This document shows, in pieces, positions 9,568 through 19,623 of a stretch of DNA of 64,000 nucleotides. Source of the DNA: Phycisphaeraceae bacterium (GTDB lineage Bacteria > Planctomycetota > Phycisphaerae > Phycisphaerales > Phycisphaeraceae). The position numbers were made by a program, and so were the translations under genes. The notes below the pieces were generated by a model that was given only the letters and a program-made list of their open reading frames with translations, was not told the origin of the DNA and did no database searches. The stretch covers positions 3,232,001 to 3,296,000 of the forward strand of contig OY771506.1 of the NCBI GenBank assembly GCA_963674705.1, read 5' to 3'. The first letter of the stretch is position 1, and each line of letters begins with the position of its first letter.

Positions 9568-10063
9568 TGTTTATGCATCCGTTCGCATGATTCACCCCAC
9601 TCATCTGCCCGGATCGGTCCGCGCAGCACCCATCAACAAAGGTTTCCCCATCTCGCCAAACCTCTCGCTTCCAGATCGGCAGCTTCTGTTTTAGCGCATC
9701 GATCAGGAAACGGCATGCTTCAAACGCTTCGCCACGGTGGGGTGTTGCCACCTGAATCACAACACTGGCTTGACCCGGCTCAACGGCTCCCTTGGCATGG
9801 ACGATTCGCACCGCATGGCAACCATACCGCTGTATTGCCTCTTGAGCCAATTGCTGGAGCAGCTTCTGAGCCATCGGCTCATATACCTCGTATTCCAACC
9901 TCAGCAGGGGGCCGAATTCGGCGTGCTCATCCTCCCGCGTCCTGCCCAGAAATACACATTCACCCCCGCAATCCCCCGGCCAACCCATCTCAATCACCGA
10001 TACCGGCCCATTCTGAACCGCTACCGTGATTTGTGGATCTGTTTTTTCTGGGGCTCCTGCCAT
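9560..10063 (-). CDS. moaE: Molybdopterin synthase catalytic subunit
   Basis: F.G..R, LEYEVYEPMA, PHR.EAF.AC...ID.LK...PIWKRE; start set at MAGAP. Confidence 0.92.
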   Translation of the reverse strand: MAGAPEKTDPQITVAVQNGPVSVIEMGWPGDCGGECVFLGRTREDEHAEFGPLLRLEYEVYEPMAQKLLQQLAQEAIQRYGCHAVRIVHAKGAVEPGQASVVIQVATPHRGEAFEACRFLIDALKQKLPIWKREVWRDGETFVDGCCADRSGQMSGVNHANGCINNG

Positions 10064-10307
10064 AAGCCCCTTATTGTATACCAATACAGCCCTTAACACA
10101 GTTTTGGGGGATTTCGGCCCGCAGCGCAGGACAAAACCGGCCCGCCGGCGTAGGGGACACGCCGAACGGGCCGTGAGGGGGGTTAGGAGGATGATGATTG
10201 TGTTAGTAATACGTTCAGATGGGCTGTTTGGTTCGCTAACTTGAATCCAGCAATACAACTATTCAGATACTGTTGCTAAACGCAGTACTTACACTACACA
10301 ACAACAC

Positions 10308-13010
10308 TTATCCCGGCTTCTCCGCTTTGTTATGCATTTCACGCAGCAATTCGAACGCCTGCATCGGGCTGATGGTGTTGATGTCCAGACTCTTGATCTC
10401 GTCAATAAGCGGGTGCTGTACGTATTCGGTAAACAGGCCCATCTGTTGGTTCGCCGCGGGCTTGACCGCTGCTTCGGTTACGGGGCGTGCGGCCGTGCCT
10501 TCGTGGCTGACGGACAATTCACCAAGTAGCGCATTGGCGCGCTTGACCACTTCCGGGGGAAGGCCCGCGAGTTTGGCGACGTGGATGCCGTAGCTTCGGT
10601 CGGTCGCGCCGGGCACGATCCGGTGCAGGAAGACGATCTGGTCCTGCCACTCACGCACACTGACGTTGAGGTTGGTCACGTTCGGGTACGTCTGCGGCAA
10701 CGTTGTCAGTTCGTGGTAATGCGTCGCGAACAGCGTACGCGGGCCAAGCGCCGCGAGGTGTTCCGCGATCGCCCAGGCCAGGCTCAGGCCGTCCAATGTG
10801 CTCGTGCCCCGGCCGATCTCATCGAGGATCACCAAACTTCGCTCGGTCGCGTGATGGCAGATATTTGCGGTCTCCGTCATCTCGACCATGAACGTCGAAT
10901 GCCCGGCGTGCAGTTCATCGCTCGCCCCGATACGCGTAAACACCCGGTCGCACAACCCGATCGTCGCGCTCTCGGCGGGGATGAACGAGCCTGCGTGGGC
11001 CATGAGCGTGAGTAGCGCCGCCTGGCGGATGTAGGTCGATTTACCCGCCATGTTCGGCCCGGTGAGTAGCGCTAGGGTGGGGCGGGTATCGGGTATCGTG
11101 CTTCGGGTATCGGCAGGATCGGTTTCTGTTTCTTCCCGAGACCCGACACCCGAAACCCGACACCCGAGTTCCACGTTATTTGCCACAAACCGGTCGCCCA
11201 GCAGTTCATCCAGTACCGGATGTTTGCCCGCCTGGATCGAAAGCACCGGCTCATCGACGATTTCAGGCTTAACGTAGCCACGCTTCACCGCCCGACGTGC
11301 AAAGCAGGCCAGCACATCCAGCTCAGCTACCGTCTCGGCGAAGCTGTGCAGCGCATCGAGCTGCGCCTGTGCTTTGCTACAAAGGTCGGCGAAAAGCGAT
11401 TGCTCGCGTGAGATCGCTTTGCTCTGCGCGGAAAGTGCCTTGTCTTCGTAATCTTTGAGTTCAGCCGTAACATAACGCTCAGCGTTTTTGAGTGTTTGCC
11501 GACGGGTCCAGGCTTGCGGGGCTTTATCTTTGTGTGCCGCGGTGGTTTCGATGTAGTAGCCGAAGACTTTGTTGTAACCGATCTTCAATGATGGAATATG
11601 CGTCTCATCAATCAGTTTCTTCTGATATTCAGCTAACCAGCTCCTGCTGTCTCGCTGCAACGAGCGATACTCGTCGAGTTGCTTGTCGAAACCGTTCTTG
11701 ATCAATCCGCCATCTCTTAGATGTGTTGGCGGACCGTCAACACACGCTTCGGTGATCTTCCTGCCAAGTTCATCAACGACCGGCAACAGCTGCGCAACTT
11801 TCTCGTGATAGGTCTTGACAGTGGGGCGGTCCAGCAGTTGTTTTTCGATACCGCCGATCGCTGCGGCACTATTGCCTAACCCGACCAGGTCGCGAGGCGA
11901 AGCCCTGCCGACCGACAGCCGAGCGGTGATCCGCTGAATGTCCTGGACATCATCTAGCGCTTCACTCAAGCCCCGTTCAAACCGCTGATCATCCACCATC
12001 GCCTGCACGACGCGCTGCCGTTGCTCGATCTGCTCCCTATTGCAGAGCGGGTAACACAGCCAGTGCCTGAGCATGCGTTTGCCCATCGCGGTCCGGCAGT
12101 TCTGCAGTACCCCCAATAGCGAGCCAGCCGTCGACTCGCTGCGCATCGTTCGTTCAATTTCAAGACTGCGCAGTGATGTCTGATCGATGACAAGGTGTGC
12201 TTCACGTGCAAATCGTTGGGGTGGACGCAGGTGTGCGATCCGACCGTCTTCATCTGCACGCTGAGTCTCGAGCAGGTAATGCACGACCGCCGACGCGGCG
12301 CCCAAGGCCGGGTCGTTTTCATCCAGACCGAATCCACCCAGCCCGGCTACGCGGTATTGCCGCTTGAGCGCTTCTATCGCCTCGTTGTGACGGAACTGCC
12401 ACGCGGGTCGGCCGACCGGTTCCTGGTCTAGCGCACGCCCTGCGATCGCAACCCGTTCCGGTACATCGCCTGTTGCGGTTTCGCAGTACAGCAACTCACG
12501 CGGATTGATCCTGGCAAGCTCATCGCCAACCGAAGTTTCTTCAAGCGTGGTGATCGTAAAGGAACCGGTGCTCAATTCCGCCCACGCCAGCGAGGCTTTG
12601 CCATCACTATGAAACTGTACCGCAGCCAGCGGGTTTTCGATGCCATCTTCAAGCAGCGATTCATCCGTCACCGTCCCGGGTGTGACGACACGCGTGACAT
12701 CTCGCTTCACCACGCCCTTGGCCTCGGCCGGGTTTTCGACCTGGTCACAGACCGCGACGCGGTACCCCGCCTGGATCATCCGGCTCAGGTACCCGTCCAC
12801 CGCGTGGAACGGCACCCCGGCCATGGGTATGCCCTTAGTCCGCTGCGTCAGCGTGACGCCCAGCACCTTATGCGCCAGTTCGGCGTCCTCGTAGAACATC
12901 TCATAGAAGTCGCCCATCCGGAAGAAGAGGACGGTCCCCGGGTACTGCTGCTTGAAGGCGTGAAACTGCTTCATCGCCGGGGTCTGGTGTGGATCATTCG
13001 CCTTGGCCAT
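10308..13010 (-). CDS. mutS: DNA mismatch repair protein MutS
   Basis: FFRMGDFYEMF, TGPNMAGKSTY, DEIGRGTST, SYGIHVAKLAG. Confidence 0.98.
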   Translation of the reverse strand: MAKANDPHQTPAMKQFHAFKQQYPGTVLFFRMGDFYEMFYEDAELAHKVLGVTLTQRTKGIPMAGVPFHAVDGYLSRMIQAGYRVAVCDQVENPAEAKGVVKRDVTRVVTPGTVTDESLLEDGIENPLAAVQFHSDGKASLAWAELSTGSFTITTLEETSVGDELARINPRELLYCETATGDVPERVAIAGRALDQEPVGRPAWQFRHNEAIEALKRQYRVAGLGGFGLDENDPALGAASAVVHYLLETQRADEDGRIAHLRPPQRFAREAHLVIDQTSLRSLEIERTMRSESTAGSLLGVLQNCRTAMGKRMLRHWLCYPLCNREQIEQRQRVVQAMVDDQRFERGLSEALDDVQDIQRITARLSVGRASPRDLVGLGNSAAAIGGIEKQLLDRPTVKTYHEKVAQLLPVVDELGRKITEACVDGPPTHLRDGGLIKNGFDKQLDEYRSLQRDSRSWLAEYQKKLIDETHIPSLKIGYNKVFGYYIETTAAHKDKAPQAWTRRQTLKNAERYVTAELKDYEDKALSAQSKAISREQSLFADLCSKAQAQLDALHSFAETVAELDVLACFARRAVKRGYVKPEIVDEPVLSIQAGKHPVLDELLGDRFVANNVELGCRVSGVGSREETETDPADTRSTIPDTRPTLALLTGPNMAGKSTYIRQAALLTLMAHAGSFIPAESATIGLCDRVFTRIGASDELHAGHSTFMVEMTETANICHHATERSLVILDEIGRGTSTLDGLSLAWAIAEHLAALGPRTLFATHYHELTTLPQTYPNVTNLNVSVREWQDQIVFLHRIVPGATDRSYGIHVAKLAGLPPEVVKRANALLGELSVSHEGTAARPVTEAAVKPAANQQMGLFTEYVQHPLIDEIKSLDINTISPMQAFELLREMHNKAEKPG
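11083..11168. repeat. Inverted heptamer arrays (CGGGTAT)n ... (CCCGACA)n inside mutS
   Basis: Left arm cgggtat/cgggtat/cgtgctt/cgggtat; right arm cccgaga/cccgaca/cccgaaa/cccgaca/cccgag; reading frame kept. Confidence 0.85.
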
Positions 13011-13041
13011 AGACGAGACAGTTTAACCGATCGGGGAAGAA

Positions 13042-13157
13042 ATTTATGATTTGGGATTTATGATTGAGGATTTCAGTCAAGTGGATATGTGGTGGGATAA
13101 TCCTGAAGTTAGATTGAGCCTTCACATCATAAATCATAAATCCCAAATCATAAATCC
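13042..13157. repeat. Perfect 24-bp inverted repeat made of ATCATAA/ATCCCAA heptamers between divergent mutS and priA
   Basis: 13042-13065 is the exact reverse complement of 13132-13155. Confidence 0.92.
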
Positions 13158-13203
13158 ACTCCTCTTATCCACCCGATTCAGCCAACATCCCTATACTTTC
13201 CCT

Positions 13204-15663
13204 ATGCCCGATCTGTTCCAGTCCGAGCCTGCAACCAGCGGTGCGTTTGCCGTGGTGGCGGTCGAACGTGGTGTGGACGCCACGGGGGCGGGGTTGACGT
13301 ATGCCGTGCCGCAATCGCTGGCGGACCTGGCGGTGGGGGATCGGGTGGTCGTACCGCTGGGACGCAGCAACAAAAGAGTCCACGGCTTTATCGTCGAACT
13401 TTCAGATACCAGTACCTACTCAAAGAGGCAGGTCAAAGCCATCCTGGAACGAGCGCAGGGCGGCGCATCGTTGCCAGCCGACCTGATCGAATTAGCACGC
13501 TGGATCAGCGCCTACTACTGCTGTCCGTTGGGGATGGTGTTCGGTTCCATGATGCCCGCCGCTGTAAAGCGGGGGACCGGTTCGGTCAGCAGGCAGGTTG
13601 TGCGATTCGCCAAAGAGCCTGATGAAGAACAGAAACTCTCAAAACTCCAACGCACGATTCTTGAAACCGCCAGACAAAAACACGAAGCCTCGGCCGGCTC
13701 GGATTGGATCGATACCAAGATTCTTGCCGACCTCGCAGGCGCTAAGACCGTCGGCCCGGTCAAACAACTCATCGATAAGGGCCTGCTCGAAGCCGACGTG
13801 CAAAATCGTGTCGAGTCGGACCTTGATCTTCGCGCGCAAGAGGAAACGGGCCCACTTGGCAAACTCAACCTCAATCAATCCCAGTCCGATGCGCTCGACC
13901 ACCTGACGAAACATCTTGATGAAGGCTTCGGCGTTCATCTGCTGCACGGGGTAACGGGCAGCGGTAAGACGGAGGTGTACTTACGACTTATTGAGGCGGC
14001 GGTATCGGGTCTGGCAAAACATCAAGCTTTGAGTTCTGAACTCCGACCAGATCCTAGACCCCAGACCCAAGACCCGCCCCCTCCGGGGGCCATCGTCCTC
14101 GTCCCCGAAATCGCACTCACCCCTCAAACCGTCGGGCGATTCATCGGTCGGTTTAACGACGTTGCTGTGCTGCATTCCGGCTTAACCCCCGCTCAGCGCC
14201 ACGCCCAATGGCGTCGTATCCGTGATGGCCAAGCAAACATCGTCGTGGGCGCGCGCTCGGCCGTCTTCGCGCCGCTTGCTGACCCACGCCTGATCATCGT
14301 CGACGAAGAACACGAATCCAGCTACAAGCAGGATCAACTACCACGCTATCACGCACGTGATGTGGCGATCAAACGCGCGCAGATGCTGGGTATCCCCGTC
14401 GTGCTCGGGTCGGCGACGCCGAGTTTGGAGAGTTATTGTAATGCTGTCGGATTTCGGGATTCGGGTACCGGGGCTCGGAAGCATGATTCAACAACGCAGG
14501 CTGCCCGAAACCCGAACTACCACCTGCTCCGCCTGCCCGACCGTGTGCCCGGGATGCGGCTGCCTGATGTTACCGTCGTCGACATGCAGGAAGAACGACG
14601 CCATCGACGCGGTATCCATCTATTAAGCCGACGTCTCGAACAGGAACTTGAACGCGTTCTGCAAGGCGAACCCGGCACTACACCCGAGAGAAGGGGTCAG
14701 GCCATGCTCCTGCTTAACCGCAGAGGTTATGCCAACTACATCGCCTGCCCGGATCACCGTTGCGGCTGGATGATGCGCTGCGATCATTGTGACGCGACCG
14801 TCGTCTATCACAAAGATCAACACTTACCCACCGGTGGATACGTGCGTTGCCATCATTGCGATGCCGAACAGCTGCTCATCACCCAATGCCCCGACTCAGG
14901 GCACAAGATCACGGTGTTTGGCCTGGGCACGCAAAAAGTCGAAGAAGAACTGATACAAAAATTTCCCGGTATCCGTGCCGCACGCATGGATTCGGACACC
15001 ATGCGTCACGCCAGCGACTACCAGAAAACGCTCGACCAATTCCGCGCCGGCGAAGTCGATGTATTGCTCGGCACGCAAATGATCGCGAAGGGCCTGGACT
15101 TCCCGGGTGTACGTCTGGTCGGCGTGATCAGCGCGGACACATCGCTGCACCTGCCTGACTTTCGCGCTTCAGAGCGAACATTCCAGTTAATCTCGCAAGT
15201 AGCGGGGCGGTCAGGCCGTAGCGAACAGCCTGGCCGAGTCGTCGTCCAGACCTTCAGCCCGAACGATCCCGCGATCACGCTGGCCGCGGCACACGACTAC
15301 GAAACCTTTGCCAGCCGTGAGATCGCATTGCGTGCAGAAGTCGGCCTGCCCCCGATATCGCGCATGGCCAGGATCGTCGTGCGCGATAAGGACCATCTTG
15401 TCGGCTATGAAAACGCGAAGAAGCTTGCACACCATCTTGAAGCCGCGAACCGTGAATTGAAAACCGAGGTCCGTTTGCGGGGCCCGATGCCGTGCCCGAT
15501 CGCACGTATCGCAGACTTCCACCGTCAGCAGATCGAATTGATCGCCGCGCCGCCCAATGCCGCGGGCAAATTACAGAAGTTAATGACCGCGCTGCGCAAC
15601 AGTCAGTTGCTCATCTCCGATGCCAGAACCGCGGTGGATGTCGACCCGGTAGCACTTCTCTAA
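13204..15663 (+). CDS. priA: Primosomal protein N' (replication restart helicase)
   Basis: GVTGSGKTEVY, DEEH, GSATPS, Zn-binding Cys cluster, GTQMIAKGLDFP; start MPDLF 6 nt after TATACT. Confidence 0.97.
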   Translation: MPDLFQSEPATSGAFAVVAVERGVDATGAGLTYAVPQSLADLAVGDRVVVPLGRSNKRVHGFIVELSDTSTYSKRQVKAILERAQGGASLPADLIELARWISAYYCCPLGMVFGSMMPAAVKRGTGSVSRQVVRFAKEPDEEQKLSKLQRTILETARQKHEASAGSDWIDTKILADLAGAKTVGPVKQLIDKGLLEADVQNRVESDLDLRAQEETGPLGKLNLNQSQSDALDHLTKHLDEGFGVHLLHGVTGSGKTEVYLRLIEAAVSGLAKHQALSSELRPDPRPQTQDPPPPGAIVLVPEIALTPQTVGRFIGRFNDVAVLHSGLTPAQRHAQWRRIRDGQANIVVGARSAVFAPLADPRLIIVDEEHESSYKQDQLPRYHARDVAIKRAQMLGIPVVLGSATPSLESYCNAVGFRDSGTGARKHDSTTQAARNPNYHLLRLPDRVPGMRLPDVTVVDMQEERRHRRGIHLLSRRLEQELERVLQGEPGTTPERRGQAMLLLNRRGYANYIACPDHRCGWMMRCDHCDATVVYHKDQHLPTGGYVRCHHCDAEQLLITQCPDSGHKITVFGLGTQKVEEELIQKFPGIRAARMDSDTMRHASDYQKTLDQFRAGEVDVLLGTQMIAKGLDFPGVRLVGVISADTSLHLPDFRASERTFQLISQVAGRSGRSEQPGRVVVQTFSPNDPAITLAAAHDYETFASREIALRAEVGLPPISRMARIVVRDKDHLVGYENAKKLAHHLEAANRELKTEVRLRGPMPCPIARIADFHRQQIELIAAPPNAAGKLQKLMTALRNSQLLISDARTAVDVDPVALL

Positions 15664-15806
15664 ATTATCAAGTCGAACTTTTTTGCAATAAACCATTAAC
15701 ATACACGTTCAGCTTCAACACAAGCCGTGATTGGAGACGCGTCGTACGGGCCGCAAGGGCTCGGATCTCTGGGCATCAACAACCGCAAAAGCAAAGCGAG
15801 AATATC

Positions 15807-17243
15807 ATGAGCAAGTGGGGAACCACGGCCGTGGAGGCTGTACTACTGACTTTGGCGACGAGTAGCCCCGTATTGGCCGGCAGTTACAGTATTGTCGATA
15901 CAGGGCAGAACCTTACGTATAGCAACACGACATCTATTGCCGCCCCCGCACTTGGCGAAGCTTTCTGCGGCCAGGACGCTCAGAACGAAGGCAATGAACC
16001 TAGCTATACCACCAGCGCCGACGGCCTGACCGTACTGGACAATGTCACCAACATGACCTGGACGCAAGGTGCTGACTGGAACGCTGACGGCATACTCGAT
16101 GCTGACGACAAAATGACATACGCTGATGCTCTTGCTTACGTCGACACGCTCAACGCATTGAACTACGGTGGCTACCACGACTGGCGTGTCCCGAGCATCA
16201 AGCAATTGTATTCCCTGATCGATTACCGCGGCACTGATCCCAATCCCATGGCCACGTCTGTGGGTAGTAACACACCCTTTATCAACGACGAAGTTTTCCA
16301 ATTCGCCTATGGTGACACAAGTGCCGGCGAACGCATCATCGATTCACAATGGGCGACAACAACGCTCTATGTTGACACCGTCATGGACGGACAAACCGCG
16401 ATGTTTGGCGTCAACTTTGCTGATGGGCGCATCAAGGGATACCCCACGGAAGACGGGCCGGGTGGCGTAACCAAGACCTACTATGTTCGTTTCGTTCGAG
16501 GCAATGAAGACTACGGCACTAACAGCTACACAGACAACGAAGACGGTACAGTCACTGATAGCGCGACCAACCTGATGTGGTCTCAAGACGACAGCGGGGT
16601 AGGCCTGAACTGGAAAGATGCACTTGCATGGGTACAACAGAAGAACGAAGAAAACTACCTCGGCCATAACGACTGGCGCCTTCCCAACGCCAAGGAATTG
16701 CAGAGCATTGTCGATTACACACGTTCGCCGGATACGACTAATTCGGCCGCGATCGATCCCGTATTCAACGCCACTTCGTTCTTGAGCCTTGCCGGCGAGA
16801 CTGACTATGGCTTCTACTGGTCCAGCACCAGCTTCCTGAGCTTCACCGGTTCAGCCGACAATGCTGTCTACATCGCCTTTGGCAAAGGGCTAGGTTCGAT
16901 GGACGGCCTGACCATCATCGACGTCCACGGCGCGGGCTGTCAGCGCAGCGACCCCAAGGATGGCGACGAAGCCGACTACCCCGACTGGGGCCACGGACCG
17001 CAGGGTGATGTCCAACGCGTGTTCAATTACGTCCGCCTTGTCCGCGATGTGGAAGCCTCCACCATGATCGGCGACCTCAACGGCGACGGCTATGTCGGAC
17101 TCGACGATCTGGACATCCTTCTAGCCAATTCGAACACCGGCACGTCGCTGGCTACCGAGACAAACGTGGGGGTTCCCGGACCCGCTTCCACGGTTCTTTT
17201 GCTGACGCTGACCGCGATGCACTCGCTGCTGCGAGGATATTGA
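15807..17243 (+). CDS. Secreted protein with two Lcl/DUF1566 domains, a half dockerin and a degenerate PEP-CTERM tail
   Basis: Signal peptide MSKWG..VLA; D..T..[TM]W...DWR[VL]P..K[QE]L twice; GDLNGDGYVGLDDLD once; VPGP plus hydrophobic tail. Confidence 0.85.
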   Translation: MSKWGTTAVEAVLLTLATSSPVLAGSYSIVDTGQNLTYSNTTSIAAPALGEAFCGQDAQNEGNEPSYTTSADGLTVLDNVTNMTWTQGADWNADGILDADDKMTYADALAYVDTLNALNYGGYHDWRVPSIKQLYSLIDYRGTDPNPMATSVGSNTPFINDEVFQFAYGDTSAGERIIDSQWATTTLYVDTVMDGQTAMFGVNFADGRIKGYPTEDGPGGVTKTYYVRFVRGNEDYGTNSYTDNEDGTVTDSATNLMWSQDDSGVGLNWKDALAWVQQKNEENYLGHNDWRLPNAKELQSIVDYTRSPDTTNSAAIDPVFNATSFLSLAGETDYGFYWSSTSFLSFTGSADNAVYIAFGKGLGSMDGLTIIDVHGAGCQRSDPKDGDEADYPDWGHGPQGDVQRVFNYVRLVRDVEASTMIGDLNGDGYVGLDDLDILLANSNTGTSLATETNVGVPGPASTVLLLTLTAMHSLLRGY

Positions 17244-17407
17244 AGCTGAACATGAAATTTGATTCAGCCGTAGCGAAGGTATAATACTTACCGACCGGCG
17301 AATCGCTGCCAACGCGCAGGGCGGCGCTTCGACGATCAGCTCCTCTGGAGCGGGTGCGCTACTAAATGCGCGTGGGTGGGCCGATGGGCCCAAGGTCATC
17401 TGAACCG

Positions 17408-18175
17408 ATGTCTTCTGATCACTTGACCAGTAAACCCGCACCCGTCGTATTAGACCTGCCGATCCTGCCTCAGCCGGATGATACGACCTGTGGCCCGACC
17501 TCCCTGCACGCGGTCTACCGCCACTACGGTGAAGAGGTATCCCTCAACCAGGTCATCAAAGAAACCGGCAAACTCACCGGCGGTGGGACACTGGCTGTCA
17601 TGCTCGGCTGCCATGCGCTCGAGCGCGGCTACCATGCCGAGTTATTCACGTTCAACCTGAACATTTTCGATCCGACATGGTTCATCCCAAAGCCGATTAC
17701 CGATCTGCCGCAGCGCCTGCGACTTCAAGCCGATGCCAAAGCGACCTACGATCCCAAACTCGGCGCCGCCACGCAGGCGTACCTGAACTTCCTGGAGATG
17801 GGCGGACAAATCCGCTATGAGGACCTGTCCAGCCGATTACTGGTCAAACAGCTCAGGCGAGGCAGGCCCGTCCTTGTCGGGCTGAGTTCGACGTATCTCT
17901 ACCAAACCATGCGGGAGTTCGGCCCGAAGGATGATTCAGACGATATCCGCGGCGTCCCGATGGGGCACTTCGTCGTGATCTGCGGATACGACCCGGCCCA
18001 TCGTATGGCTCGTGTAGCCGACCCGCTTATAGATGAGACCGGCAAACGTGAACAGATTTACGAGGTGCCGATGGCCAGGCTCGTCGCCGCCATCATGCTC
18101 GGTGTACTAACCTACGACGCAAACCTGCTGATCGTCTGGCCCAAAGAGGCGAATCAGCCTAAGAACCAGCCGTGA
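17408..18175 (+). CDS. C39-like cysteine peptidase
   Basis: QPDDTTCGPTSL (Q..C), GHFVV (His), VADP (Asp) papain-fold pattern. Confidence 0.85.
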   Translation: MSSDHLTSKPAPVVLDLPILPQPDDTTCGPTSLHAVYRHYGEEVSLNQVIKETGKLTGGGTLAVMLGCHALERGYHAELFTFNLNIFDPTWFIPKPITDLPQRLRLQADAKATYDPKLGAATQAYLNFLEMGGQIRYEDLSSRLLVKQLRRGRPVLVGLSSTYLYQTMREFGPKDDSDDIRGVPMGHFVVICGYDPAHRMARVADPLIDETGKREQIYEVPMARLVAAIMLGVLTYDANLLIVWPKEANQPKNQP

Positions 18176-19623
18176 ACCACATACTTATCGTTGACAATCC
18201 TGACCGTTGGCCGCTGAACATCCCCGGCGTAGAGGTCGTCGCTGCCAAGACATACCTCACCGAGCCTCGCTTCGCCACGATGGATCATGCAAAAGCGTAC
18301 AACCTCTGCCGCAGCTTCAAGTATCAGACGGCCGGCTACTACGTCTCATTGCTTGCTACAGCGCGTGGTCATCAACCATTGCCTTCCATCGAAACCATCC
18401 AGGACCTGAAGCTGGAACCGGTGATCCGCGTCGCGGGCCAGGAGCTGGATGACCTGATCCAGAAGGCGCTCAAGCCGCTGAAGTCTGAGCAGTTTGAGTT
18501 GAGCATCTACTTCGGACGCAACACCGCCGCCAGATACGACAAGCTTGCCACCGCCTTGTTCGGCCAGTTCCCCGCGCCGCTTTTGCGTGTGACCTTTGAA
18601 TACACCGACCGTTGGGCAATCGACAGTATCCGTGTCATCGGCAGCCGAGATATCCCAGACGCCCACCGTGACTTCTGTATCGAGCAGGCCGAGGCATACT
18701 TCAATAAACCCGCCCGTGCACGACGGAAAAAAGCGTATCGTTATGACCTGGCGATCCTGCGTGATCCCGAAGAGCAAACGCCGCCTTCCAGCGAAAAAAC
18801 GATCGGTTTGTTCGCTTCGACTGCGGAGAGCCTGGGATTGCGCACAGAACTGATTACAAAGTCCGACTACGGCAGAGTGGCCGAGTTCGATGCGCTGTTT
18901 ATCCGCGAAACCACCGCTGTCAATCACCACACGTTCCGCTTTGCCCGCCGTGCTTCAGCGCAAGGTGTGATTGTCATCGACGATCCGGAATCCATCCTAC
19001 GCTGCACCAACAAAGTCTTTCTCGCAGAATTACTGACCCGCCATGACATACCCACACCGAGTACGGTCATCTTCTCAAAAGACAACTGGGAGCAGGTCAT
19101 CGACAGGATCGGTTTCCCCTGTGTGTTGAAGCTGCCCGATAGTTCTTTCTCGGCCGGTGTTGTCAAGGTTGATGATGAAAAGGCCTATCAAGAGATTCTG
19201 CCGCAGATGCTTGATGCCTCGGAGCTGATCCTGGCTCAGGAGTTCGTACCGACCGCGTTCGACTGGCGCATTGGTGTGCTGGACGGCCAGCCTCTATACG
19301 CCTGCCGATACCACATGGCCCGGAAACACTGGCAAATCATTAAACGTGATGACGGCGGTAAAGTCCGCTACGGCCAGTCCGACACGCTGCCCGTCCACCA
19401 GGCACCGGCCAAGGTCGTCCGAACCGCGGTCAAGGCCGCACGACTCGTCGGCGACGGGCTCTATGGCATCGACTGTAAAGAGATCGACGGTAAACCCATG
19501 ATCATCGAAGTGAACGATAATCCAAATATCGACGCCGGGGTCGAAGACAAAGTCCTGGGCCCGATGCTCTACGAAACGCTGATGCGCACCTTCATCGCGC
19601 GGATCGAGAGCCGCCGACGATGA
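18172..19623 (+). CDS. RimK-family ATP-grasp ligase with N-terminal RLAN-type domain
   Basis: NLCR...GYYVSLLA.ARGH N-domain; CTNK, LKLPDSSFS.GV, QEFVP, DWRIGVL, EVNDNPNID. Confidence 0.92.
   Translation: MNHILIVDNPDRWPLNIPGVEVVAAKTYLTEPRFATMDHAKAYNLCRSFKYQTAGYYVSLLATARGHQPLPSIETIQDLKLEPVIRVAGQELDDLIQKALKPLKSEQFELSIYFGRNTAARYDKLATALFGQFPAPLLRVTFEYTDRWAIDSIRVIGSRDIPDAHRDFCIEQAEAYFNKPARARRKKAYRYDLAILRDPEEQTPPSSEKTIGLFASTAESLGLRTELITKSDYGRVAEFDALFIRETTAVNHHTFRFARRASAQGVIVIDDPESILRCTNKVFLAELLTRHDIPTPSTVIFSKDNWEQVIDRIGFPCVLKLPDSSFSAGVVKVDDEKAYQEILPQMLDASELILAQEFVPTAFDWRIGVLDGQPLYACRYHMARKHWQIIKRDDGGKVRYGQSDTLPVHQAPAKVVRTAVKAARLVGDGLYGIDCKEIDGKPMIIEVNDNPNIDAGVEDKVLGPMLYETLMRTFIARIESRRR

Noticed and set aside
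13051..13203. N-terminal extension of PriA in the ORF track (…HIINHKSQIINP…)
   Set aside because: It is a translation of the intergenic heptamer inverted repeat; a better start with a -10 box is at 13204
15492..15806. Upstream extension of the Lcl protein overlapping priA
   Set aside because: The signal peptide begins at ATG 15807; the extension overlaps priA in another frame
15807..17243. Diversity-generating retroelement target (DUF1566/C-type lectin fold)
   Set aside because: No reverse transcriptase and no template/variable repeat pair differing at adenines was seen in the window
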